A stretch of DNA of 32,000 nt from Methylophaga frappieri. GTDB lineage: Bacteria > Pseudomonadota > Gammaproteobacteria > Nitrosococcales > Methylophagaceae. This document shows, piece after piece, positions 9,062-18,576 of the stretch (within the stretch, counting starts at the first letter, position 1; each line of letters starts with the position of its first letter). The translations under genes and the position numbers were made by a program. A model generated the notes under the pieces. It was given only the letters and a program-made list of their open reading frames with translations. It did no database searches and was not told the DNA's origin. The stretch is from the NCBI RefSeq assembly GCF_000260965.1, contig NC_017856.1, forward strand, positions 150,001-182,000, given 5' to 3'.

Positions 9062-10224
9062 GACAAGCGTTCTTTAAAATCCTGATAACTAAACTTTTTG
9101 ACGACGCGTAGCGCATCAGTGTCGCTGTTCCAGATCGCCAAAGAAGGCAATTTCGTGCCATTAAAGGTGGTTGTTTTCACCATCGTATAGTGACTCATAT
9201 CCTCAAATATGAGTCGCTGGCCAATTGCCAGTGGCACATCAAAACTATAATCACCAATGACATCCCCCGCCAGACAAGTCAAACCGCCAAGCCGATAAGT
9301 ATGCGCCTTTTCATTGGCTTCACCTGAACCCGTAATATCCGGCCGGTAAGGCATTTCCAACGTATCCGGCATGTGGCACGTCGCCGAAGTATCCAAAATA
9401 GCCTGATCAAGCTGATTCCAGGTCAAATCGAGTACCTCACAACTGAGTATGCCAGTGCCAATCGCAATCGCCTCGCCCGGTTCGAGGTACACCTCAACCT
9501 GATAACGTGCTTTAAAACTTTGAATGAGACTGATGAGACCCGCAATATCGTAGCCCGGTGCCGTAATATGATGACCGCCACCAAAGTTGATCCATTGCAT
9601 CTGCGGCAGCAAATGGCCAAATTTTTCTTCAACAGCGGCCACGGTTCGTTGCAAGGGCGCAAAGCCCTGCTCGCACAACGTATGGAAGTGCAACCCGCTG
9701 ATACCATCCAACAGTGATGTATCAAGTTGCAATAAGGGAATACCCAGTCGCGAACCCGGTGCACACGGATCATAAATCGGTACCGCACCTTCAGAATGCT
9801 CTGGATTAATACGTAAACCGAAGGTTAACTCCGGACGTTGCTGCTGCATGGCCAGGCATTGTTCGCGAAACCGCTGCCACTGGCTGCAAGAATTAAACAC
9901 AATGTGGTGGGCAAAACCGAGCAATTCATCGATATCCGCTTGACTGAATGCCGCCGCAAATACATGTACTTCACCGCCATAAGCTTCCTGGCCGAGCCGC
10001 GCTTCATGCAAGCCGCTGGCGCAAGTGCCACTCAGATATTTTGCAGTCAATGGAGCCAGCGACCACATCGAAAAGGCCTTCAGTGCCGCCAGTACCTTGG
10101 CACCACTGCGTGATTGAACCTCATGCAAAATCTGCAAATTGCGTTCTACCGCTACTTCATCAACGACAAAGCAGGGCGACGGCAACCGCTGTAAATCCAG
10201 CTTTTTAAAATCGGTAAATTGCAT
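9058..10224 (-). CDS. nspC: Carboxynorspermidine/carboxyspermidine decarboxylase
   Basis: 388 aa with a PLP-dependent Orn/DAP/Arg-decarboxylase fold. The N-terminus LPSPCFVVDE..VERNL and KAFSMW resemble Vibrio NspC. Adjacent to the CANSDH gene. Confidence 0.85.
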   Translation of the reverse strand: MQFTDFKKLDLQRLPSPCFVVDEVAVERNLQILHEVQSRSGAKVLAALKAFSMWSLAPLTAKYLSGTCASGLHEARLGQEAYGGEVHVFAAAFSQADIDELLGFAHHIVFNSCSQWQRFREQCLAMQQQRPELTFGLRINPEHSEGAVPIYDPCAPGSRLGIPLLQLDTSLLDGISGLHFHTLCEQGFAPLQRTVAAVEEKFGHLLPQMQWINFGGGHHITAPGYDIAGLISLIQSFKARYQVEVYLEPGEAIAIGTGILSCEVLDLTWNQLDQAILDTSATCHMPDTLEMPYRPDITGSGEANEKAHTYRLGGLTCLAGDVIGDYSFDVPLAIGQRLIFEDMSHYTMVKTTTFNGTKLPSLAIWNSDTDALRVVKKFSYQDFKERLS

Positions 10225-10262
10225 TTATTTCAATTACTTTTATTTAAAAGTTAATGTTATGT

Positions 10263-11462
10263 TTAACTATCCAGGTCAAACGAATCCAGTTCCACCACCT
10301 GCCACGGCAGACCGTATTCATTCAGATCCGCCATGAAGGGATCCGGGTCAAACTGCTCAATGTTCCAGACACCCGATTTTTGCCATTTGCCTTCCAGCAT
10401 CATCTTGGCGCCAATCATCGCCGGGACGCCAGTGGTGTAAGAAATGGCCTGTGATTGCACTTCACTATAGCAATCCTGATGATCTTTAATTTGATACAGG
10501 TAAACCGTTTTGCGCTGACCATCCTTAATGCCCGTGACAACACAACCAATACAGGTTTTGCCCTTGGTACGTGGTCCCAGGGTTGATGGGTCAGGCAGCA
10601 AAGCTTTCAAAAATTGAATTGGTACAATTTCTTGACCATTGAAATTTATCGGCTCAATGCCCGTCATGCCGACATTGCCGAGCACTTCCAGATGTTTCAG
10701 GTAACTGTCACCAAAACTCATCCAGAATTGCGCCCGTTTCAGCGTTGGGAAGTTGACCACCAAGGATTCCAATTCTTCGTGATACATCCGGTAAATGTTG
10801 TAAGTGCCAACGTTATCAGGACAGGTAAATTGCGCTTTTTTGGACATCGCCGGCGTGGTCACAAATTCGCCACCTTCCCAGTGGCGGCATTCTGCGGTCA
10901 CTTCGCGAATATTGATTTCAGGATTAAAATTGGTGGCAAACGGATAGCCATGATCGCCACCGTTAACATCAATAATGTCCAACTCGTGAATTTCATCAAA
11001 ATAGTGTTTTGCCAGGTACGCAGTAAACACATTAGTCGCGCCCGGATCAAAGCCACTGCCAAGCAATGCCATCAGGCCAGCCTGCGCAAATTTTTCCCGG
11101 TATGCCCACTGCCACTTGTATTCAAACTTGGCAGTGTCCAGTGGCTCATAATTGGCCGTATCCAGATAATCGACACCGGCTTCCAGGCAGGCATCCATAA
11201 TCGTTAAATCCTGATAGGGCAAAGCAACATTAATTACCAGCTCAGGCTGTTCTTGCTTCAACAACGCTGTTAATGCTGGCACATCATCCGCATCAACCTG
11301 AGCTGTCCGTATGGGGCGTGATAACTGTGCTGCAATCGCTTTACATTTCGCTTCATTACGACTGGCTAAAACGATCTCGGAAAAGACTTCGGGCAGTTGC
11401 GCACATTTATGGGTAACCACACCACCGACACCGCCAGCACCGATAATCAATACTTTAGACAT
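10263..11462 (-). CDS. Carboxynorspermidine synthase (CANSDH; saccharopine dehydrogenase family)
   Basis: 399 aa. N-terminal Rossmann motif VLIIGAGGVGGVV. Length and colinearity fit the saccharopine-dehydrogenase-like CANSDH that is always paired with NspC. Confidence 0.85.
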   Translation of the reverse strand: MSKVLIIGAGGVGGVVTHKCAQLPEVFSEIVLASRNEAKCKAIAAQLSRPIRTAQVDADDVPALTALLKQEQPELVINVALPYQDLTIMDACLEAGVDYLDTANYEPLDTAKFEYKWQWAYREKFAQAGLMALLGSGFDPGATNVFTAYLAKHYFDEIHELDIIDVNGGDHGYPFATNFNPEINIREVTAECRHWEGGEFVTTPAMSKKAQFTCPDNVGTYNIYRMYHEELESLVVNFPTLKRAQFWMSFGDSYLKHLEVLGNVGMTGIEPINFNGQEIVPIQFLKALLPDPSTLGPRTKGKTCIGCVVTGIKDGQRKTVYLYQIKDHQDCYSEVQSQAISYTTGVPAMIGAKMMLEGKWQKSGVWNIEQFDPDPFMADLNEYGLPWQVVELDSFDLDS

Positions 11463-11522
11463 ATTATCTAACCCTTTGATTTAAAATTAACTTATGAATT
11501 TAAAAGCACCAGAAATGGTGGT

Positions 11523-13466
11523 TCATCTCTCAAAAAATGTGTAGCCATTCAAGCTATCATTAAAAGCGCGCAGCATCTGCTGACGCATCGGCACGGAAAT
11601 TCGCCCTTCACGCACCGCGCTCTCGGCCAGACGCCGAAACTGCTCCTGCATGACTTTGGGGTCATATTCCACATAACTCAACACATCAGCGATACTGTCG
11701 CCATGGAATTCACGAATAAAGTCAAAGCTGCCATCTTCGTTAATATGCACACTGACCACATTGGTATCACCAAACAGATTATGCAAATCGCCCAGCGTTT
11801 CTTGATAAGCGCCGACCAGAAACACGCTCAGATAATATTCCTCACCCGATTTCAGCGGGTGCAAAGGCAACGTTTTGTGGTAGCCGTCATCGTACGAAAA
11901 GGCATCAATCTTGCCATCACAGTCGCAGGTCATATCAGCCAACACCGCCGACCGGGTTGGTGCCTCATCAAGCCGGTGTATTGGCATAATCGGAAACAAC
12001 TGATCGATTGCCCAAATATCGGGTAACGACTGAAACAGACTAAAATTACCGTAATAAATATCTGACAATAGCTCTGGCAAACTCTCTAATTCAGCCGAAA
12101 TACGGCGTGCCTGCGGCAGTAATTCGGAAATTTTCTCCCAAATAGCCAAAGCCAGATTTTCTGCCAGCGCCCTGTCCCGCAAGCTTGCCTGCCCGTGGTG
12201 AAACAATTCGCGAATTTCATCTCGGTAATACAGCGAGTCGTTATAGCACTCCTGCAAATTATCGACCGTAATATGGTCACGCACTGAATACAGGTTAATA
12301 ATCATGTCATGGCTGTCTTCTGGCGCCGATGCCGGAATATGGCCCGGCTTGTGATCCCGCACTTCCAGCACGTTAAACAGCAACATCGAGGAATACGCCA
12401 CCAAAGCGCGTCCTGACTCAGAAACAATCACCGGATGCGGGATTTCCAGCGGATCCAGACACTCCTGCAATGTCTCGACAATGTTGTAGCAGTATTCATC
12501 CAGTCCATAGTTCATTGAATGCGTACTATTAGAACGGGTGCCTTCATAATCGACCGCCAAGCCACCACCAAGATCGATGTAGCCCATCGGCGCGCCCTCT
12601 TCAATCAGCCCACTGTAAAACCGGCAGGCTTCCATGACGCCACTACGAATATTACGAATATTGGGGATCTGTGAGCCAAGATGACTATGCAGCAGTTGTA
12701 AACAATGCAGCATATCTGCTTGTTTTAACTGTTCAACCACTTCCAGCAATGCGTGAGTAGACAGGCCAAAAATAGACCGATCACCACTATCGCCATTCCA
12801 GTGCCCTTCAACCGTTGAGGCCAGTCGAATTCGCATGCCAATCAAAGGATCAATACCGAGCGCCTTGCTGCGTTCCAGAATCGTGCTTAACTCAGTGGCG
12901 GTTTCCAGTACGAAAAAGCATTTAATACCCATCTGCCGGGCATACAGACCCAGTTCTATAAATTCTTCGTCTTTATAGCCATTGCAGATAATCAAACTGT
13001 CATGATCGCGTAACTGCGAAATCGCGATAATCAGCTCCGCCTTGCTGCCTGCTTCCAGTCCATGATGATAGCGACGGCCATAATCGGCAATCTCTTCAAT
13101 AACATGACACTGCTGATTGACCTTGATGGGAAACACGCCGCGATAGTGATTCTGATAACCGGCCTGTTCAATGGCGCGATGAAAGGCTTCATTAATCTGC
13201 GTGATGCGAATATCCAGCAGGTTTTCAATACGCAGTACTGCAGGCATGTCCAGACCGCGGTCTTTCATTCCCTGCACAATATCAATCAGCGGTACCTGAA
13301 TGGTTTTATCACCAAATTTCAGACTGACGACGGCATTACCCTCATCCGTAATATCAAAATATTCTGCGCCCCAATCACGCACACCATATAAGCGACTACT
13401 TTGCTGGGCATCCCACTCGGCTGGTGATTCCGGCAATGTGGTGTGATTGGCATGGGCTTTGGTCAT
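11523..13466 (-). CDS. speA: Biosynthetic arginine decarboxylase
   Basis: About 647 aa. YGVRDWGAEYF, the PLP-lysine context FPIKVNQQ, and the long C-terminal domain are characteristic of SpeA. The ORF-track start at 13487 is TTG, so I prefer ATG 13466 (MTKAHAN...). Confidence 0.92.
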   Translation of the reverse strand: MTKAHANHTTLPESPAEWDAQQSSRLYGVRDWGAEYFDITDEGNAVVSLKFGDKTIQVPLIDIVQGMKDRGLDMPAVLRIENLLDIRITQINEAFHRAIEQAGYQNHYRGVFPIKVNQQCHVIEEIADYGRRYHHGLEAGSKAELIIAISQLRDHDSLIICNGYKDEEFIELGLYARQMGIKCFFVLETATELSTILERSKALGIDPLIGMRIRLASTVEGHWNGDSGDRSIFGLSTHALLEVVEQLKQADMLHCLQLLHSHLGSQIPNIRNIRSGVMEACRFYSGLIEEGAPMGYIDLGGGLAVDYEGTRSNSTHSMNYGLDEYCYNIVETLQECLDPLEIPHPVIVSESGRALVAYSSMLLFNVLEVRDHKPGHIPASAPEDSHDMIINLYSVRDHITVDNLQECYNDSLYYRDEIRELFHHGQASLRDRALAENLALAIWEKISELLPQARRISAELESLPELLSDIYYGNFSLFQSLPDIWAIDQLFPIMPIHRLDEAPTRSAVLADMTCDCDGKIDAFSYDDGYHKTLPLHPLKSGEEYYLSVFLVGAYQETLGDLHNLFGDTNVVSVHINEDGSFDFIREFHGDSIADVLSYVEYDPKVMQEQFRRLAESAVREGRISVPMRQQMLRAFNDSLNGYTFFER

Positions 13467-13576
13467 CAGTAAGCACCCCTTTGGCAACGGGTAAATCGCG
13501 AAATTGTCACTATTTTAGAATAAAAAAGCAAAACAATTATGACGGTAAGAAAAGTAGATACAGCGTGAGTTTCTGG

Positions 13577-14632
13577 CTAGATAATGGGTAAATCTTCGGG
13601 TGTCGAGGTATCCGTTGCCGGATCCAGACGGGTATGAAAGGCCTCAACCGAATCCGCCACCTCATCAGGTCGATTAAATCGCGCAATATGGAACAGCGCC
13701 TCGCCCTCATTAACCAGCGGAATATTGGTGCGGCCAATAATGACACCACTACAACTGGCCGTCACCCTGGTTTCCGTTTGGGCACCACCGTATGGCGCCG
13801 CAACCATGCCCAGACAATCGCCTTTTTTGACATGCGCCCCCATGGCTACCAACATCCGGAAAATACCGCTTTGCGGTGCCCGGACCCAGGTACTGGATTC
13901 CGCCACAAAGGGATCCACGGGTTTCAGTTGTCTTCGCCGGGTTTCACTGAGCATGCCAATACGCCGCATCACCGCCAACACACCTCGGACACCGGCCCGA
14001 ATCGCCAGCTCATTAAACCGCAAGGCTTCGCCTGCTTCATAAACAATGACCGGCACCTCAGCCTGCATACAAGCATAACGCAACGAGCCTTCAATCAAGC
14101 CCGAATTAACAATCACTGGCGCGTTAAAGGCACGCGCCATTTCTTCAACGCCCGGCGTTTCCAGCGAAGCGCGAATCTGCGGCAGATTATCGCGGTGGAT
14201 GGCTGCTGTATGCAGATCAATGCCGTGCGTACAATGACTGACCACTTCGGTCATAAACAAATTGGCCAGCCGCGCCGCTAATGAGCCTTCTTCGGAACCG
14301 GGAAAACAGCGATTTAAATCACGTCGATCCGGCAAATAGCGGGTCTGATTAATAAAACCGTAAACATTCACCACCGGGATGGTAATCAAGGTGCCACGCA
14401 AGCCGCTAAGCCGTTTGCTGCGAATCAGTCGGCGGATAATTTCGACGCCAACAATTTCATCACCATGCACCGCGCCAGAGACAAATAACACCGGCCCATC
14501 ACGCCGACCGCGAATCACTTCAACCGGCATACTCAAGGCCGTGTGCATATATAAATCCGGCAATGGCACATCCACCACCCGGGTTTCGCCCGGTTTGATC
14601 GGCTGGCCCGCAATGACCAATTCCGCTGGCAT
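13577..14632 (-). CDS. Succinylglutamate desuccinylase/aspartoacylase (AstE/AspA) family zinc deacylase, RimK-associated
   Basis: 351 aa. HxxE zinc motif in SGAVHGDEIVG, with a C-terminal beta-rich domain. The ATG overlaps the rimK stop (TAATG). Confidence 0.75.
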   Translation of the reverse strand: MPAELVIAGQPIKPGETRVVDVPLPDLYMHTALSMPVEVIRGRRDGPVLFVSGAVHGDEIVGVEIIRRLIRSKRLSGLRGTLITIPVVNVYGFINQTRYLPDRRDLNRCFPGSEEGSLAARLANLFMTEVVSHCTHGIDLHTAAIHRDNLPQIRASLETPGVEEMARAFNAPVIVNSGLIEGSLRYACMQAEVPVIVYEAGEALRFNELAIRAGVRGVLAVMRRIGMLSETRRRQLKPVDPFVAESSTWVRAPQSGIFRMLVAMGAHVKKGDCLGMVAAPYGGAQTETRVTASCSGVIIGRTNIPLVNEGEALFHIARFNRPDEVADSVEAFHTRLDPATDTSTPEDLPII

Positions 14633-15537
14633 TAACCGCGTCCTCGCGTTTTGGTGTGGCCGAGCTTGGCGTTTTTCTCAATAAATTCAATAATCATCGT
14701 GGCAATATCTTTGTTGGTTGCCATTTCGATGCCTTCCAGGCCCGGCGAGGAATTCACTTCCATCACCACCGGCCCGTGATTGGAGCGCAACAAATCGACA
14801 CCACAGACATTTAAGCCCATGGTTTTGGCGGCACGCACTGCGGTTGCCCGTTCTGCCGGGGTAATACGGATCAATTGCGCACTGCCCCCTCGATGCAGAT
14901 TCGAGCGAAACTCGCCTTCCTTGCCCTGCCGTTTCATTGCCGCCACCACTTTATCGCCAATAACAAAACAGCGAATATCCGCCCCGCCGGCTTCTTTAAT
15001 AAATTCCTGTACCAGAATGTTGGCTTTCATGCCCATAAACGCTTCAATAACGCTCTCTGCTGCGCCTTCGGTTTCCGCCAATACCACACCGATACCTTGC
15101 GTGCCTTCAAGCAACTTAATCACCAGTGGCGCGCCACCCACCAGTTTGATCAAATCATTGACATCATCGGGACGATGCGCGAACCCGGTCACCGGCAAAC
15201 CAATACCTTTGCGCGACAAAAGTTGCAGCGCCCGCAATTTATCGCGGGAACGACTAATCGCAACTGATTCACTCAACGGATACACGCCCATCATCTCAAA
15301 CTGGCGCAATACCGCGGTACCGTAAAAGGTTACCGACGCACCAATACGCGGAATGACCGCGTCATAATTGGTCAGCACCTGCCCTTTGTAATGGACTTCC
15401 GGTTTCAATGAGGTGATGTTCATATAGCAACGCAACACATCCAGCACATGCACTTCATGGCCCCGTGCCTCCGCCGCCTCCACCAATCGTCTGGTGGAAT
15501 ATAACTGCGAATTCCGTGACAAAATGCCAATTTTCAT
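14632..15537 (-). CDS. rimK: Ribosomal protein S6 L-glutamate ligase RimK (ATP-grasp)
   Basis: The 301-aa translation is colinear with E. coli RimK as recalled (MKI.ILSR...RLVEAA..RGH...DAVIPRIG...[31 protein letters not shown]...[37 protein letters not shown]...AESVI.AF...). Confidence 0.95.
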   Translation of the reverse strand: MKIGILSRNSQLYSTRRLVEAAEARGHEVHVLDVLRCYMNITSLKPEVHYKGQVLTNYDAVIPRIGASVTFYGTAVLRQFEMMGVYPLSESVAISRSRDKLRALQLLSRKGIGLPVTGFAHRPDDVNDLIKLVGGAPLVIKLLEGTQGIGVVLAETEGAAESVIEAFMGMKANILVQEFIKEAGGADIRCFVIGDKVVAAMKRQGKEGEFRSNLHRGGSAQLIRITPAERATAVRAAKTMGLNVCGVDLLRSNHGPVVMEVNSSPGLEGIEMATNKDIATMIIEFIEKNAKLGHTKTRGRG

Positions 15538-16031
15538 AGCGACTCTCCATCCGATCCGTCAATCGCGGATGCGGTTATTGTTGTATTCAGGGGTTGGCCT
15601 GCCAGATACGACAAGCCGGGTTGGACCACTATATTACCAGCGGTCATTGCCGTGCGTCCGAGCAACATACGAAAGCGCATGGTATCGCGGTTGGTCAGCG
15701 TAACTTCTATCGGAAAACAATTATCGCCGATTTTCAGCGGCGTGCGAATCACATAGCGGCTTTCTGTATGGCCGCCAGAGTCAGTGACGTCGCGCTGATC
15801 CCATACCGGCGCCTCACACCAGATTTCGGTATCAATATCATCCTGATTGGGATGCACACCAAAGCGCACCCACAGTGCATCCTGTCTGGAAAAAGTATCG
15901 ACCGAAAACGCATGAATCGCCGACGTGCGCGCGCCGGTATCGACCTTGGCTTTGATGCGATCAATACCTAAATCCGGTAACGCCAGCCACTCACGCCAGC
16001 CCACCACAATATGTCCCTGCTCATCCTGCAT
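15534..16031 (-). CDS. Retropepsin-like aspartic protease (DUF785, 'ATP-dependent zinc protease' family; RimB-like)
   Basis: 165 aa. [12 protein letters not shown]...[16 protein letters not shown] contains the D-T-G-A aspartic protease signature. The stop overlaps the rimK ATG (ATGA). Confidence 0.75.
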   Translation of the reverse strand: MQDEQGHIVVGWREWLALPDLGIDRIKAKVDTGARTSAIHAFSVDTFSRQDALWVRFGVHPNQDDIDTEIWCEAPVWDQRDVTDSGGHTESRYVIRTPLKIGDNCFPIEVTLTNRDTMRFRMLLGRTAMTAGNIVVQPGLSYLAGQPLNTTITASAIDGSDGESL

Positions 16032-16201
16032 TGTCCTGCACCTGCTTAAATCAGTCTGTTACCCAAAAACATAAACGACCTGCGCGGTGAATGCCAGTTA
16101 AAGCACCGAATAAGTCATGACAACAGCCAATGCAGCAGTGCGGTTTTTATTGATAACAATGGAAAAATAAGGATGGTGATCGTGTTGAATAAATTTTAGC
16201 T

Positions 16202-16227
16202 AAAAAAAAAGCCCCGCAATGCGGGGC
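16202..16227 (-). terminator. Rho-independent terminator after pilA
   Basis: Perfect 7-bp GC stem GCCCCGC (16211-16217) / GCGGGGC (16221-16227). On the minus strand it is followed by nine T. It lies 22 nt after the pilA stop. Confidence 0.9.
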
Positions 16228-16248
16228 TTTTAATCATTAAAAACTATC

Positions 16249-16671
16249 TTATTCAGATGGCAGGTATTTGTCCTCAATGGTTCCAGTAACTGTCCATTCC
16301 GTACCAACATCAGTGCAGGTAGCTGTGTAACGGACATTATCACCGGCGATTTGCGATGGCGCTTTATAAGCAATCTCATAATATGGTTCAGCGGCACCGG
16401 TAAATGTAATAGTATTAACTATGTCACTTGCCGCACCATAACTCGCTGCATCAGAAACAGGCAACGATGCTTGTTGCAAGAGGCTAAGATCAGTACCTTC
16501 ACTACATTCGATACCAATCGCGGTGCGGAATGGCGCTGACATACTGACGCCTTCCTGCACTTTAGCGCGGATGGTGTAGTCCTGATAAGCCGGCAAAGCA
16601 ATCGCTGCCAGAATACCGATGATCGCAACCACGATCATTAATTCGATTAATGTAAAACCTTTTTGATTCAT
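16249..16671 (-). CDS. pilA: Type IV major pilin (type IVa)
   Basis: ATG 16671 with AGGAG upstream gives [32 protein letters not shown]. This is a short leader ending in Gly(-1), then Phe(+1), Glu(+5) and the conserved hydrophobic alpha-1 helix. There are two Cys in the globular part. The first 8 codons of the ORF track are rejected. Confidence 0.93.
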   Translation of the reverse strand: MNQKGFTLIELMIVVAIIGILAAIALPAYQDYTIRAKVQEGVSMSAPFRTAIGIECSEGTDLSLLQQASLPVSDAASYGAASDIVNTITFTGAAEPYYEIAYKAPSQIAGDNVRYTATCTDVGTEWTVTGTIEDKYLPSE

Positions 16672-16716
16672 GTCCTTACTCCTGAGATAGTGCATTTAAA
16701 AAATCGATAAGCATTA

Positions 16717-16732
16717 TGCGATTACTGTGCCA
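16717..16732 (-). promoter_or_regulatory. Sigma-54 (RpoN) -24/-12 promoter for pilA
   Basis: The minus strand reads TGGCAC-AGTAA-TCGCA against the consensus TGGCAC-N5-TTGCA, with GG and GC correctly spaced and one mismatch. The -12 element is about 47 nt upstream of the pilA ATG. RpoN/PilR-dependent pilA transcription is well established in pseudomonads. Confidence 0.7.
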
Positions 16733-16812
16733 AATCTGTAAACCTTTCATTTCATTTACTTTTCGCCGCTACTCTACCAAGTCAACCATCATGATGTGAC
16801 AAATTTTGTCAC

Positions 16813-18522
16813 TTAATGACAGTATTCGGGTAGTTCGCCTAACGTCGCGTCATCCGGGTATAGCGATTGCCCATATTGCCTGACCCGGCAGGCTTCTGTC
16901 ACCTGTTGTAAAACAGAATAGGCCGTTGCCAGATTGGTAACTAAATACGGTTTTGGTTCATCCGCAATGCGTTTTTCTGCCCACGGAATATAAATTTCCA
17001 TAAATTGCGCATTTCTCGCATTAAGGGCTGAATGGAATAAGATGCTCATATCGACTTCTTGGGCTACTTGGCCGAGATATGGATTGATTTTTGCGTGTTG
17101 CAGATATATCTCGTCAGTCTGCCGACTGATATCCTGATAATTGACTAACTGATAATTGGCGTAAAACGTATGTAATAAAAACAGCACGCCAATCACCATC
17201 GCGGTCAACCCGCCAAATCGTATCGTGATGGTCATCGCTTTTGACAGATTAAATGGCTTGTCTTTTAAGTTAGGCCGAAATACCCACGCCAGTAAAAACA
17301 ACCACAGAAACCAGTGCAACGCTGAAATATAAAATGGCAACTCGACCAGTAAGTGCATAGCAATCGGCGCGACCAGCGCCAATCCAGTCAGTCCGCGTTG
17401 ATAGCCTGATCGCCACAACACCATCGCCACTGCCAGTGCAGTCAATAACAGGCCAACCAGAGCCAGCAAACCGCCTTCAACGCCCCAGAAGAATAATTCG
17501 TTATGCGGATGCGAAATCAGTTTTTTACCAAAGTAGGCGTCGGGATTTTGTTGATAAAACGCCGGTTTGGCATTTTGAAACTGATGCGGAAAGCTGCCGA
17601 TGCCATGTCCAGTAAGCGGCTTTTCTAACAGTAAATCGGAGGAGAGTTTATAAATAGACAGTCTGGCTTCGCCAGAAAACCCCGAGTCCAGTGCGGTCAC
17701 TTTGTCGATAACCCGCGACTGTGAACTGATCACCCCGGAAACAAAGCCAATCATAATGACGGCCAGCGCTAGCAATACCGGGCCTTTATTCAAGCGCAGC
17801 AAGTTAAATCGCGCCGCCAAGATCAATCCCAGCATGGTTAATAACGTCAGTGCGCCAATGCGTGAGCCAGATGCACCGATAACGAATGCGGCACCCGCCA
17901 TAAAAACAATGAATAAGACGGTAATCAGCGGCGACGGTTTGTCAGACTGGCTGGGCGTGAGCAAGTAAAGCGCAATACCGATTAGCGTGACCAGATAGGT
18001 TGAATGATTGTTGATCTGCTGAAACAGGCCGGTTGGCGCGCCAGTGGGCGAACGTAAAAATGGCAGGTCAGCATGAAAAAGTAACTGCAGGATGCCAATC
18101 AGCACATGAATCAAACCGGCCAGGACGATAACCGTTAATAATTGCCGTTGTCTTTGCGATGTTAGCGTCAGCTGTAAAACCGAGATAAAAAACAGCAGAC
18201 CAATCCAGATAGTTAGCATCCGGAACGCCCATTTAAGCGGTTGTTCCACGCCCGCGATAAAGCCACTTAAAGTCACCAGCAATGGAAACGCGGCAAATAA
18301 CCAAAAGCCGCTAGGCAGGCGGATAAGCTGACGTTGCATCACCTGCCGCAAACTAACACCGACAAATAGCAGCGCGACCAACCAGATCATGGCATTGTGT
18401 GGGATGCGCAAACCTTCGCCGCCGAGATTCGGATGGTAATACAGCGGTGCCAATACAAACAGCATGGCCAGCAAAATTTCCGGTAAACGCCAGTTTAACC
18501 GGGCAGGCACTGCGTTCGTCAT
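16813..18522 (-). CDS. O-antigen ligase (Wzy_C) family polytopic membrane protein, PglL/TfpO-like candidate pilin O-oligosaccharyltransferase
   Basis: 569 aa with more than 10 predicted hydrophobic helices. A GASGSRIGALTLL segment is typical of the Wzy_C/O-antigen ligase domain, and there is a soluble C-terminal tail. Directly adjacent to pilA. The function is inferred from context. Confidence 0.65.
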   Translation of the reverse strand: MTNAVPARLNWRLPEILLAMLFVLAPLYYHPNLGGEGLRIPHNAMIWLVALLFVGVSLRQVMQRQLIRLPSGFWLFAAFPLLVTLSGFIAGVEQPLKWAFRMLTIWIGLLFFISVLQLTLTSQRQRQLLTVIVLAGLIHVLIGILQLLFHADLPFLRSPTGAPTGLFQQINNHSTYLVTLIGIALYLLTPSQSDKPSPLITVLFIVFMAGAAFVIGASGSRIGALTLLTMLGLILAARFNLLRLNKGPVLLALAVIMIGFVSGVISSQSRVIDKVTALDSGFSGEARLSIYKLSSDLLLEKPLTGHGIGSFPHQFQNAKPAFYQQNPDAYFGKKLISHPHNELFFWGVEGGLLALVGLLLTALAVAMVLWRSGYQRGLTGLALVAPIAMHLLVELPFYISALHWFLWLFLLAWVFRPNLKDKPFNLSKAMTITIRFGGLTAMVIGVLFLLHTFYANYQLVNYQDISRQTDEIYLQHAKINPYLGQVAQEVDMSILFHSALNARNAQFMEIYIPWAEKRIADEPKPYLVTNLATAYSVLQQVTEACRVRQYGQSLYPDDATLGELPEYCH

Positions 18523-18576
18523 GTTCAGATTCCTTTGTTTACAGACGGACTGCCTGCTTAATTGAGTTGTAGCAAG

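Noticed and set aside
10614-11207. 197-aa plus-strand ORF antisense to the CANSDH gene.
   Set aside because: It is fully contained in the CANSDH coding region on the opposite strand, with no SD and no motif.
13634-15325. Long plus-strand ORFs antisense to the AstE-like gene and rimK (13634..14281, 215 aa; 14780..15325, 181 aa; 14875..15267).
   Set aside because: They lie opposite genes with very strong homology signals. Their translations are Arg/Pro/Ser/Thr-rich with no recognisable domains. This is the typical frame -1 shadow of a well-conserved gene.
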